DNA of 32,000 bases from Candidatus Saccharimonadota bacterium. Lineage in GTDB: Bacteria > Pseudomonadota > Gammaproteobacteria > Enterobacterales > Enterobacteriaceae. Location: contig CP001817.1 of NCBI GenBank assembly GCA_000217635.1, positions 210,001 through 242,000 of the forward strand, written 5' to 3'. The position numbers and the translations under genes are program-made. Each line of letters opens with the position of its first letter. The first letter of the stretch is position 1. This document shows positions 18,647 through 28,693 of the stretch, piece by piece. The notes under the pieces are model-generated. The model made no database searches. It had not been told where the DNA came from and saw only the letters and a list, made by a program, of their open reading frames with translations.

Positions 18647-20707
18647 TTAAAACATTTTAATTTTATTTATAAAATTCCAAATCCATTGTAACCGTTTATA
18701 ATCACTAAAAAAAGTTCGATTAAAATATAATATATTGTTATGAAATTTCCAAATTTCTGGTCTCTTTACAATTATTTGAGAAAGATGAAAAACATCAATT
18801 TTATTTGTCTTAGAAAATATTATATATCCCGAGTTAGTTCGTGATTCTATTCTTTTTATACCTAAAAATTGAGAAATAATTTTAATTGAATGTAATAAAA
18901 ATAAATTTTTAGCGTGTATTGGTAATTCTCCAAATAGATAAAATAAATCAATTTTTATTTTGTTTAATACAACTATATTTTTTGTATGTGTTATTTTTCT
19001 ATAAAATGATAAACGTGTATTAATATTAGAAATATATTTTTCTGGTAGTAATGCTGATGTATGTAATTTAATTTTAATACTATTTTTAGGTAATAATTCT
19101 GTAATTTTTTTATTATTTTTAATACATTGTATAGCACGTGATAAAATTTTTGTATATAAATATAATCCAATACAATTAATATGTCCACTTTGAATATCAC
19201 CAAGAATGTTTCCTACCCCTCTCATTTCATAATCATATTTTGATAATTTTAATCCAGATCCTAATGTTTGCATGGTACGAATAATTTCAAGTCTTTTTTT
19301 AGCATGAGTAGTAATTGTCTTAAAATCAGAAATAAAAAACCATGCATATGCTTGCTCTGCTGCGCGACCTACACGACCTCTTAATTGATGTAATTGTGAT
19401 AAACCAAATTTATCAGAATTTTCAATAATAATTGTATTAACATTACTTATATCTAAACCGGTATCTATTATTGTAGTACATACTAAAACATTAAAACGTT
19501 TTATTAAAAAATTATGCATAATAATGTTTAAAATATTTCCAGACATTTTTCCATGACTGATACAAAATTTTGCTTCCGGTATTAAAGTGGATAAAATTTT
19601 CGTTTTTTCTTCTATTTTTTTGACTGAATTAAATAAATAATATACTTGTCCATTTCTTTTTAACTCTTTTAAAATAATATTTCTTATTATCTTTAAATCA
19701 TATTTTTCAACAAATGTTTTAACCGGTACACGTTTTTGAATAGGTTGAGATATAATAGATAAATCTCGTAAACCAAGTAAAGAAAAATGTAGGGTACGAG
19801 GAATTGGAGTAGCAGTAAGAGTTAAGATATCTATAAATAGATAACGTTTTTTAATATTTTCTTTATGATAAACTCCAAAACGATGTTCTTCATCAACAAT
19901 TAATAATCCTAAGTTTTTCCATTGTATATGAGTAGATAAAATTTTATGGGTACCAATTAATAAATTAATTTCTCCATTTTTTAATTTTTTTTTATTTCTT
20001 TCTCTTTTTTTTTTAGTTAAACGAGTTATAAGTTTTATGATATAAGGATATTTTTTAAATCTTTGTTGGATATTATAATAATGCTGTTGCGCTAATAATG
20101 TAGTAGGTACTAAAAGAGCAACTTGTTTTATATTATCTAAGGCAATAAATATTGCTCTCATAGCTACTTCTGTTTTTCCGAAACCAACGTCACCACAAAT
20201 TAATCGATCCATTGGATGATTTTTATTCATATCATGTAAAACTTGTTTTATGGATTGATTTTGATCTGCAGTTAAATTAAACGGAAAAGATTTACAAAAT
20301 TTTTTATATCTAAGTGGATTAATAATAAAAGAAAAACCAACGGTAAGTAAACGTCGTGAATATAAATCTAATAGATATACTGCGGTATCACAAATTTTTT
20401 TTTCTATTTTTTTTGTATTTTTTTTCCATCGACTATCACTTAATGTATTTAATTGAACGTTTGAGTGTATTGTATTTTGATATGGAGTAACTAAAGATAA
20501 AGAGGTAATAGGAACATAAAGTTTTTCATTTTTTGCATATGTAATAATAATATATTCATTAATTATGTTTTTTATATTAAATACACATAAACCTGTATAT
20601 CGACCTATACCATATTTTATATGTACAACTAATTGATTTTTAGTAAAAAAATCATTTTTTTTATTGTAATAAGTATGCAAAACGTTATTATTTGTTATTG
20701 AATTCAT
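18647..20707 (-). CDS. mfd: Transcription-repair coupling factor Mfd lacking the N-terminal UvrB-homology module
   Basis: 686-aa ORF beginning just before the RNAP-interaction domain (HIKYGIGRYTGL...KLYVP). It has the helicase motifs GDVGFGKTEVA, VDEEHRFG, TATPIPRTL and QLHQLRGRVGR, and the C-terminal domain is retained. E. coli Mfd is 1148 aa. Confidence 0.9.
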   Translation of the reverse strand: MNSITNNNVLHTYYNKKNDFFTKNQLVVHIKYGIGRYTGLCVFNIKNIINEYIIITYAKNEKLYVPITSLSLVTPYQNTIHSNVQLNTLSDSRWKKNTKKIEKKICDTAVYLLDLYSRRLLTVGFSFIINPLRYKKFCKSFPFNLTADQNQSIKQVLHDMNKNHPMDRLICGDVGFGKTEVAMRAIFIALDNIKQVALLVPTTLLAQQHYYNIQQRFKKYPYIIKLITRLTKKKRERNKKKLKNGEINLLIGTHKILSTHIQWKNLGLLIVDEEHRFGVYHKENIKKRYLFIDILTLTATPIPRTLHFSLLGLRDLSIISQPIQKRVPVKTFVEKYDLKIIRNIILKELKRNGQVYYLFNSVKKIEEKTKILSTLIPEAKFCISHGKMSGNILNIIMHNFLIKRFNVLVCTTIIDTGLDISNVNTIIIENSDKFGLSQLHQLRGRVGRAAEQAYAWFFISDFKTITTHAKKRLEIIRTMQTLGSGLKLSKYDYEMRGVGNILGDIQSGHINCIGLYLYTKILSRAIQCIKNNKKITELLPKNSIKIKLHTSALLPEKYISNINTRLSFYRKITHTKNIVVLNKIKIDLFYLFGELPIHAKNLFLLHSIKIISQFLGIKRIESRTNSGYIIFSKTNKIDVFHLSQIIVKRPEIWKFHNNILYFNRTFFSDYKRLQWIWNFINKIKMF

Positions 20708-21286
20708 ATTAAATATATCTTTTTATAAAATTTTATAAACAACAATTTATATTATTATTTTTTTATTTATATAATTTTTAAAATTTTAATAGCTGTATAA
20801 ATAGTATAGAAATTTATTTTTCTAAAAAAAATTATATAGAAAATGTGATAAAATCTTTTATTTTGTATAAAAAATATTTTTTAATTAAAAATATAGAATT
20901 TAAATGAATATTTATTAAATGATATTTAATAAATTTATTACATACTTTTTCAATAAAGTATTTATATACTGATATAATAATATATTTAAAAATTATAAAA
21001 ATTGATATTTTTTTAGAAAAATATATTATATAGAAAATATAAATTTATTATATATATTTTTTTAAAAATAATTTTATGATAAATATTTTTTATATATATT
21101 ATAATATATTATATCATAATATATTTTTTTATATTTAAAAAATAATAAATTTCTTATAAAATATGTAATTGTATTACTATAACATCATAAAAATTAGTTT
21201 AATATAATTTTTTAAAATATTTTTAAAAGAATTATATTATTAATATTTTTATTAAATTTTAAATATTTTAAATTTTAGGTAATAAT

Positions 21287-22285
21287 ATGACAATTAAAGT
21301 AGCTATAAATGGATTTGGTCGAATTGGTAGAATGGTTTTTCGATTATCTGAAGAACGATCTGACATTCAAATTGTAGCAATCAACGATTTATTATCGACT
21401 AATTATATAGCATATATGTTAAAATATGATTCTACACATGGACCATTTAAAGGAACAATTCAGGTATCTGATAATATTTTAACAGTTAATAATAATAAAA
21501 TTCATATTTTTTCAGAAAAAACCAAAAATATAGATTGGAAATCATTAAATATTGATGTAGTAGTAGAATCTACCGGTATGTTTTTAACTGAAAAAAAAGC
21601 ATTAGAACATATTCATGCAGGAGCAAAAAAAGTTGTTTTAACCGGACCTGTAAAAGATGATAATATTCCAATGTTTGTAAAAGGTGTTAATTTTAGTCAA
21701 TATAGTGGTCAAAAAATTGTATCTAATGCTTCGTGTACAACAAATTGTTTAGCTCCTTTAGTAAAAATATTAAATGATGAATTTATTATAATTGAAGGAT
21801 TAATGACTACTGTACATGCTACAACAGCCACTCAAAAAACTGTTGATGGTGCATCTATACGAGATTGGAGGGGAGGTCGAGGTGTTCTTCAAAATATTAT
21901 CCCCGCTTCAACTGGAGCAGCTCAAGCAGTAGGAAAAATACTACCAGAATTATATGGTAAAATTACCGGGATCGCTTTTCGCATACCAGTTGCCAATGTG
22001 TCGGTTGTAGATTTTACAGTTAAATTACAGAAAAATGTATCTTATAATAATGTATGTGAAGCAATTAGACTAGCATCTAAAACATATATGAAAGATGTTA
22101 TAGGGTACGTTAATGAAGAAATGGTATCTAGTGATTTTAATGGATCCCACTTAACTTCAATATTCGATGTAAAAGCAGGTTTATCTCTAAATAATAATTT
22201 TATGAAATTAATTGCATGGTATGATAATGAAACTGGATACTCTAGTAAAGTACTAGATTTAGTAGCATGGATTATGCATTCTTAA
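21287..22285 (+). CDS. gapA: Glyceraldehyde-3-phosphate dehydrogenase
   Basis: 332-aa ORF with INGFGRIGR, the active-site block [12 protein letters not shown], and WYDNETGYS. Confidence 0.96.
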   Translation: MTIKVAINGFGRIGRMVFRLSEERSDIQIVAINDLLSTNYIAYMLKYDSTHGPFKGTIQVSDNILTVNNNKIHIFSEKTKNIDWKSLNIDVVVESTGMFLTEKKALEHIHAGAKKVVLTGPVKDDNIPMFVKGVNFSQYSGQKIVSNASCTTNCLAPLVKILNDEFIIIEGLMTTVHATTATQKTVDGASIRDWRGGRGVLQNIIPASTGAAQAVGKILPELYGKITGIAFRIPVANVSVVDFTVKLQKNVSYNNVCEAIRLASKTYMKDVIGYVNEEMVSSDFNGSHLTSIFDVKAGLSLNNNFMKLIAWYDNETGYSSKVLDLVAWIMHS

Positions 22286-22346
22286 TTTTTAAAAAAATTA
22301 TAATACTATTAAATTTTATAAATTTAAAAAAAAATATAATTTAAAC

Positions 22347-22378
22347 TGACAGTATTGGACTTTTCGTTGATACTGTCA
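22347..22378. terminator. Candidate hairpin between convergent gapA and fldA (9-bp stem, 14-nt loop)
   Basis: tgacagtat (22347-22355) and atactgtca (22370-22378) are reverse complements. The stem has mixed composition, unlike the surrounding AT-only sequence. Confidence 0.35.
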
Positions 22379-22413
22379 TATAAGAATATTATTTATGTTA
22401 TTAATATAAAAAA

Positions 22414-22988
22414 TTAATAAGTAGTATTTAGTTTTTTTAAAAAAATATATGAAAATAGACTATATCGTATAATATTTTTTAAATTAATTTCTGATAAAAT
22501 TAATTTTACCCATTGTGCGACTCGTGTATTAGTTAAATTAGACTGTCTATCTTCATCAATCGGAAGTCCAAAAAAGTGTGTTTTATTCGCTTGAGCTTTT
22601 GAAGATTCAAAATGATATTCATGAATCGGCCATTTTCCAATAAAATTAGCGTGTTTTTTTTTAAAAAAATTATACATAATACCAAGAGCATCACAAAAAT
22701 ATTCAGAGTAATCTTCTTGATCACCACAACCAAATAAACCAATAATTTTTTTATTAAAATTTATATTTTTTAACATAGGTAATGATTCAGACCAATCACA
22801 TTGTAGTTCACCATAGTACCACGTTGGTATTCCTAATAATAAAATTTTAAAATCTTCCATTTTTTTAATTGGGCTATGAGAAATATCAAAAAGACTTGAT
22901 TTTTCTTTTCCAATAATTTTATGTATTAATCTAGAAATTTTTTCGGTGTTTCCTGTATCGCTGCCATAAAAAATTCCAATTTTTTCAT
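22414..22988 (-). pseudogene. fldA: Flavodoxin FldA, frameshifted in the A6 run immediately after the start codon
   Basis: The ORF 22414-22860 starts at [23 protein letters not shown], which is mid-protein. Upstream, [40 protein letters not shown] (the FMN phosphate loop) is in that same frame. The ATG at 22986-22988 is out of frame by one base. One added A gives 191 aa collinear with E. coli FldA. Confidence 0.88.
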
Positions 22989-23502
22989 ATTTTTATCTCT
23001 ATTAATATTTTTAAATTTTTAATAATTATATTTTTTGAACCTTTGATATTATTTTCTATATAAAAAATTTATTTAAAAATTTTAGTGTTTGTGTTTTTGC
23101 TTTCTTTTTTGTCGTTAATAATTTATATTATTTGTTTTATTTATAATAAAAATTTTGTATAGATATATAATTTTTAATTATATTTTTCTAAAAAGATATA
23201 ATTCTTTTGTTTATGTAAAAATATTAATATAATTAAATAATTTAATTAACATTACTTATATAACTATAATATATAAATTATTAATTTTAATTTATTAAAA
23301 TATAATAAAAATATTTTTAATAATTATTTATATTTTTTATAAAAAAATATGCTATTTTGGTGTATATTTAACTGATATATCATAATATTCATATCTTTTA
23401 ATTTAATTATTTACAATGATATTTTTTTAAAATTCATTTTATTTTAATAAAAATAACATATTTTTATATTTTTTAAAATAAATTTTATTACGGTTATTAA
23501 AT

Positions 23503-24251
23503 ATGAATAATTTACTTCTTGAAAAAATTATTAATAAAAAATTAAAAAATAAACATACTTTACATGATTATATTCCAAATGGATTACAAGTAGAGGGATG
23601 TTCGGAAATTTACAATATTGTAACTGGAGTCACAGCATGTCGAAAATTATTAAAGAAATCATTAGACTATCAAGCTCACGCAATAATTGTACATCATGGA
23701 TATTTTTGGAAAAATGAAAATCCAAAAATTATTGGTATGAAACGCAATCGATTAAAAATTCTTTTAACCAATGATATTAATCTTTACAGTTGGCATTTAC
23801 CTTTAGATATACATCCTGAACTCGGAAATAATGTTCTATTAGGAAATGCTTTGAATATTTCTATACAAGGTTATATTACTCCGCTAGTATTATGGGGGTA
23901 TTTTAAAAAAAAAATTATTAGTTAGTGAATTAAAAAAAAATAAAAAACGATTTTTCATAGAAAACCATTTCATTATGGAAATAAAACGAAAATATATTAC
24001 GCGAGTTGCATGGTGTACTGGTCGTGGGCAAAATTTTATAACAGAAGCTTTAAATTTTAATATAGATGCTTATATAACAGGCGAAGTTTCTGAAGAAACT
24101 ATTCATATTGCTGAAGAAAATAACATTCATTTTTTTTTCTTTAGGTCATCATGCTACTGAAAGATCAGGAATATATCAGTTAGGTCAGTGGTTATCTCAA
24201 CAAAATTATAATTTAAATATTAAATTTATTGATATTGATAATCCTATTTAA
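23503..24251 (+). pseudogene. ybgI: Nif3-family dinuclear-metal protein YbgI (GTP cyclohydrolase 1 type 2 homolog), two homopolymer frameshifts
   Basis: There are three collinear pieces: 23503-23925 (PNGLQVEG, VHHGYFW, WHLPLDIHPELGNN), 23975-24160 (RVAWCTGRGQNF, AYITGEVSE), and a tail GHHATERSGI...IDIDNPI with a stop at 24249-24251. The breaks are in the A10 run 23905-23914 and the T9 run 24130-24138. The corrected length is 248 aa (E. coli 247). Confidence 0.86.
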
Positions 24252-24364
24252 ATTTTTAAATATTATTTTCTTAATCTTATTATTTAAATAAATAAAAAAT
24301 AATAAAGAAGAAGACAGGATATTTTATTAATTTTTCTTAATCAACATATTAATGTGAATTTCTT

Positions 24365-27190
24365 ATGAAACATAAAAAAAAAAATTTTCCTACTTTAAAA
24401 AATGATTGGTTATATAGTGAAAATCAAGTTTTTTTAAAAAATATATATCAACGTTTTTTAAGAAACCCCAAAAAAATTGATTCTATATGGTATAAAATAT
24501 TTAAAAATATTGATAATAAAAAAGATCTTATTACTTATGATAATAAAGATATTGGTAATAGTATAATAAATAAAAAAAAGAAAAACGATCAAAATTTAAA
24601 AAAAAATATATTTAATAATAATACTATATCAATACGTGAACGATTTTTAAATTTAATACGTTCTTTTAGAAAATTAGGTCATTATTCTGCTCATTTAGAT
24701 CCATTAAATCTTGCGATAAAAAAAAATATTATGGAATTATCGTTAGATTACTATAATTTTTCAAAAAATGAACTTAAAGAATTGGTAAATAAAGATTTAT
24801 TTCCCTACAAAATACATTTGAAATCATATTATGATATATATATTCTATTAAAAAAAACATATTGTAGTTCTATAGGTTTTGAATTTATGCATTTAAATAA
24901 AATAAATGAAAAAATATGGTTACAAAAATATATTGAAAAAAAAATTTTCTCTTTATACGGCATCAGAAAAAACAAAAAAAATATTATAAAAGGATTAATA
25001 CAATCTGAAACATTTGAAAGCTTTATTCATACTAAATTTCCAGGAACTAAAAGATTTTCTTTAGAAGGTTGCGATGTATTAATTCCTATGTTAAAAGAAA
25101 TTATTCAATATGGAATATTGAATAAAACTAAAAAAATATTTTTCGGAATGGCTCACCGAGGAAGATTAAATGTAATGTTTAATATTTTTAAATGTAATAT
25201 TCCTCAAATGTATCAAAATTATTTTAGTAATAATGATCAATCACATTATACTGGTGATGTAAAATATCATTTAGGTGCTAAAATAACAATTAAAAAAAAC
25301 TTTCATAAAATTGATATAGTATTATTAGATAATCCATCTCATTTAGAAATTATTACTCCCATTGTATTAGGACAATGTAAATCATTTTTAGATTCTACAA
25401 AAACAGAGAGTGATTTATCAAATAATATAATTCCTATTATTATTCATGGAGATGCTGCATTTACAGGACAAGGTGTTATACAAGAAACGTTAAATATGTC
25501 ACAAGTTCCAGGATATTGTGTTTTTGGTAGTATACATATTATTATTAATAATCAAATAGGATTTACTACTTCTAAAAAAAAATATTTACAGTCTAGTACA
25601 TATTGTACCGATATTGCTAAAATGATTGATTCGCCAATATTTCATGTCAATGCAGATCAACCAGAATCTGTAATTTTTATTATTAAACTTGCTTTAAAGT
25701 TTCGATTTTTATTTAAAAAAGATGTATTCATCGATTTAGTTTGTTATAGACGGTTAGGTCATAATGAAGCTGATGATCCTTCAATAACACAACCACTTTT
25801 ATATAAAACAATTAAAAATCATAAAAAAGTATGTGATATTTATTTAAATAAAATAAATAAATTTAACAATAAATACACCAAAAAAACTCAAAAATATTAT
25901 GAATTATATAAAATATATTTACATCACAATTTAAAAAATAATATAAATAAAAAACAAATTGTTAATCTGTACAATAATAAAATTAAAAAAAATCAAATCA
26001 TTATTGACAAAATAAAAAATTTCTCTTTTTCTAATTTAATTAAAAAAATGCTACATATTTTAACTCCCCCAAAAAATTTTTTATTACATTATCAGGTCAA
26101 AAAAATCTTTGATAATCGTTTAAAAATGATCGAAGGAAATAGTTTATGGGATTGGGGATCTGCAGAGATTTTATCTTATGCGGCATTAATAATAAAAGGT
26201 ATCACTTGTAGATTATCAGGGGAAGACGTAAGACGAGGTACATTTTCACATAGACACGCTGCAGTTTATTGTCAAAATACAGGTAAGACATATATCCCAT
26301 TAAAAAACATTTTTTCAACTCAAAATAACTTTCATATATGGGATTCAGTATTATCTGAAGAAGCTACTTTAGCATTTGAATATGGTTATTCAATTTCTAA
26401 AAATTTTTCTTTAAATATCTGGGAAGCACAATTTGGAGATTTTGTTAATGGAGGGCAGGTTATAATTGATCAATTTATTGTTTCTGGTCAACAAAAATGG
26501 GGGCATAATTCATCTATAGTATTGATGTTACCACACGGATATGAAGGACAAGGACCTGAACATTCTTCAGCAAGAATTGAAAGATTTTTACAACTTTGTG
26601 CTCAAAAAAACATGCGAGTATGTATACCTACAACTCCAGCTCAGCTATATCATTTAATACAAAAACAAGGTACTACAATATTAATTAAGAAACCTTTAAT
26701 TATTTTTACTCCAAAATCATTATTAAGAAACTCCAAAACATTTTCTACATTAAAAGAATTATCTCATGGAACCTTTCAAAAGGTATTAATACAGAAAAAA
26801 AATATTTCATGTAATACAATAAAAAAAATTATTTTTTGTTCAGGAAAAATTTACTATGATTTATTAAAATATTATCAAAAAAACAATTTAAGCAATATAT
26901 TAATAATGCGTTTAGAACAATTATATCCGTTTCCAACAAAATCTATTAAAAAAGTTATCCATCAATTTTGTTTTATAGAAAACTGTATTTGGTGTCAAGA
27001 AGAACCAAAAAATCAAGGGGCTTGGGTATTTTTTTATTTTAATTTTAAAAAATATATATCTAATTTTTTTAAAAATGTTCAATTACAGTATATTGGAAGA
27101 CCAAAATGGGCTTCTACTGCTGAAGGTAATTTATCTTCACACAAAATAGAACAACACAATATTATTAAAAAAGCTTGTACACCTTGTTAA
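24365..27190 (+). CDS. sucA: 2-oxoglutarate dehydrogenase E1 component
   Basis: 941-aa ORF (E. coli 933 aa) with HGDAAFTGQGVIQETLN, CYRRLGHNEADDP and HGYEGQGPEHSSARIERFLQL. Confidence 0.96.
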   Translation: MKHKKKNFPTLKNDWLYSENQVFLKNIYQRFLRNPKKIDSIWYKIFKNIDNKKDLITYDNKDIGNSIINKKKKNDQNLKKNIFNNNTISIRERFLNLIRSFRKLGHYSAHLDPLNLAIKKNIMELSLDYYNFSKNELKELVNKDLFPYKIHLKSYYDIYILLKKTYCSSIGFEFMHLNKINEKIWLQKYIEKKIFSLYGIRKNKKNIIKGLIQSETFESFIHTKFPGTKRFSLEGCDVLIPMLKEIIQYGILNKTKKIFFGMAHRGRLNVMFNIFKCNIPQMYQNYFSNNDQSHYTGDVKYHLGAKITIKKNFHKIDIVLLDNPSHLEIITPIVLGQCKSFLDSTKTESDLSNNIIPIIIHGDAAFTGQGVIQETLNMSQVPGYCVFGSIHIIINNQIGFTTSKKKYLQSSTYCTDIAKMIDSPIFHVNADQPESVIFIIKLALKFRFLFKKDVFIDLVCYRRLGHNEADDPSITQPLLYKTIKNHKKVCDIYLNKINKFNNKYTKKTQKYYELYKIYLHHNLKNNINKKQIVNLYNNKIKKNQIIIDKIKNFSFSNLIKKMLHILTPPKNFLLHYQVKKIFDNRLKMIEGNSLWDWGSAEILSYAALIIKGITCRLSGEDVRRGTFSHRHAAVYCQNTGKTYIPLKNIFSTQNNFHIWDSVLSEEATLAFEYGYSISKNFSLNIWEAQFGDFVNGGQVIIDQFIVSGQQKWGHNSSIVLMLPHGYEGQGPEHSSARIERFLQLCAQKNMRVCIPTTPAQLYHLIQKQGTTILIKKPLIIFTPKSLLRNSKTFSTLKELSHGTFQKVLIQKKNISCNTIKKIIFCSGKIYYDLLKYYQKNNLSNILIMRLEQLYPFPTKSIKKVIHQFCFIENCIWCQEEPKNQGAWVFFYFNFKKYISNFFKNVQLQYIGRPKWASTAEGNLSSHKIEQHNIIKKACTPC

Positions 27191-27205
27191 TAAAAGAGTA
27201 AAAAA

Positions 27206-28393
27206 ATGACAGATACTAAAGTTTTAGTTCCAGAATTACCTGAGTCTATTAGTAATGCGATTGTTTTAAAATGGCACAAAAATATTGGAGATGTTGTAAA
27301 AGAAGATGATTTAATTGCAGAAATTGAAACCGATAAAATCATTTTAGAAATTTCTTCACCAACTTCTGGCGTAATAAAATCACAGTTTTATAAAATAGGA
27401 GAGTCTGTAAAATCAAAAGATATTTTAGCTTCTATTTCTCATAAAATTTCTTTAAAAAAAGAAAAAGTACATAAAATTAATGGAATTATTAATAATAATA
27501 GAAAAAATAATAAAAATGAAATAAAAAATAACAATAATGAAAATTTAAAAAGTTTTACTCCGGCAATACGTAGAATGTTATTAAATAAAACTATAGATAT
27601 TAAAAACATAAAAATTAATAAAATAAACAATCAATTTATTTCTGATAATATTATTAAGAATAATAATAAAATTGAAAAGAATAAAAAGGATCATCGTTCA
27701 ATTACTCGTATTAAAATAAATACATTACAAAAAAAAATATCTGAAAAGTTGTTATATACAATGCAAAATACCGCAATGTTAACAACATTTAATGAAATAA
27801 ATATGCAAGAAGTTATACGAATACGAACAAAACATAAGGAAGCATTTTTTAAAAAGTATGATGTACATTTAGGTTTTATGTCTTTTTTTATAAGAGCCGC
27901 AACTCAAGCTTTAATGATGTTTCCGGATATTAATGCTTCGATTGATAATAATGAAGTTATTTATCATGATTATTATGATATTAATGTCGCTATAGCAACA
28001 AAACGTGGATTAATAGCTCCTATACTACTTAATACCAATTTAATGGATATGTTTGAAATAGAAAAAAAAATAAAATATTATGCAGATTTAGGAACAACAG
28101 GAAAACTATCTTTAAATGATTTAAATTCAGGAACTTTTACAATCACTAATGGTGGTGTTTTTGGATCATTAATGTCTACACCGATAATAAATCCACCTCA
28201 AGTAGCAATTTTAGGAATACATAATATTAAAAATAGACCTATTGTAGATGATAATATAATCAAATCATGTCCGATGATGTATATAGCATTATCATATGAT
28301 CATCGATTAATTGATGGAAAAACAGCGATAAAGTTTTTAAAATATATAAAAGATATTTTAGAAGATTCATCTCGAATGATATTAAAAATATAA
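27206..28393 (+). CDS. sucB: 2-oxoglutarate dehydrogenase E2 (dihydrolipoyllysine succinyltransferase)
   Basis: 395-aa ORF with a lipoyl domain carrying EIETDKIILEI, an E3-binding remnant TPAIRRML, and a catalytic core TITNGGVFGSLMSTPIINPPQ...SYDHRLIDG. Confidence 0.96.
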   Translation: MTDTKVLVPELPESISNAIVLKWHKNIGDVVKEDDLIAEIETDKIILEISSPTSGVIKSQFYKIGESVKSKDILASISHKISLKKEKVHKINGIINNNRKNNKNEIKNNNNENLKSFTPAIRRMLLNKTIDIKNIKINKINNQFISDNIIKNNNKIEKNKKDHRSITRIKINTLQKKISEKLLYTMQNTAMLTTFNEINMQEVIRIRTKHKEAFFKKYDVHLGFMSFFIRAATQALMMFPDINASIDNNEVIYHDYYDINVAIATKRGLIAPILLNTNLMDMFEIEKKIKYYADLGTTGKLSLNDLNSGTFTITNGGVFGSLMSTPIINPPQVAILGIHNIKNRPIVDDNIIKSCPMMYIALSYDHRLIDGKTAIKFLKYIKDILEDSSRMILKI

Positions 28394-28693
28394 TTTTTGA
28401 ATATATAAAAAATATCAATGTATTAATAATAACATTTTTATTAATTACTTCATTTTCTCTAATACATTTATAATTTATTTTTTTAACTATTTGTATATAT
28501 AATTTTTTTATAGTATTAAGAATAAAAATTTTTATATATACAATATAAAGATATATTATTTAATTAATTTAAATTAATACACATTTCTTTTAAAGAATAT
28601 AGCAATAAAAAAATACTGACGATAAATATTATAATTTTATAAAATTTAATAATTTTCATCATTATTTTTTTTACATATAAAATAGGTTTTTTT

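Noticed and set aside
23975-24160. 61-aa ORF treated as an independent small protein
   Set aside because: It is the central segment (RVAWCTGRGQNF...ITGEVSE) of ybgI, bounded by two homopolymer frameshifts.
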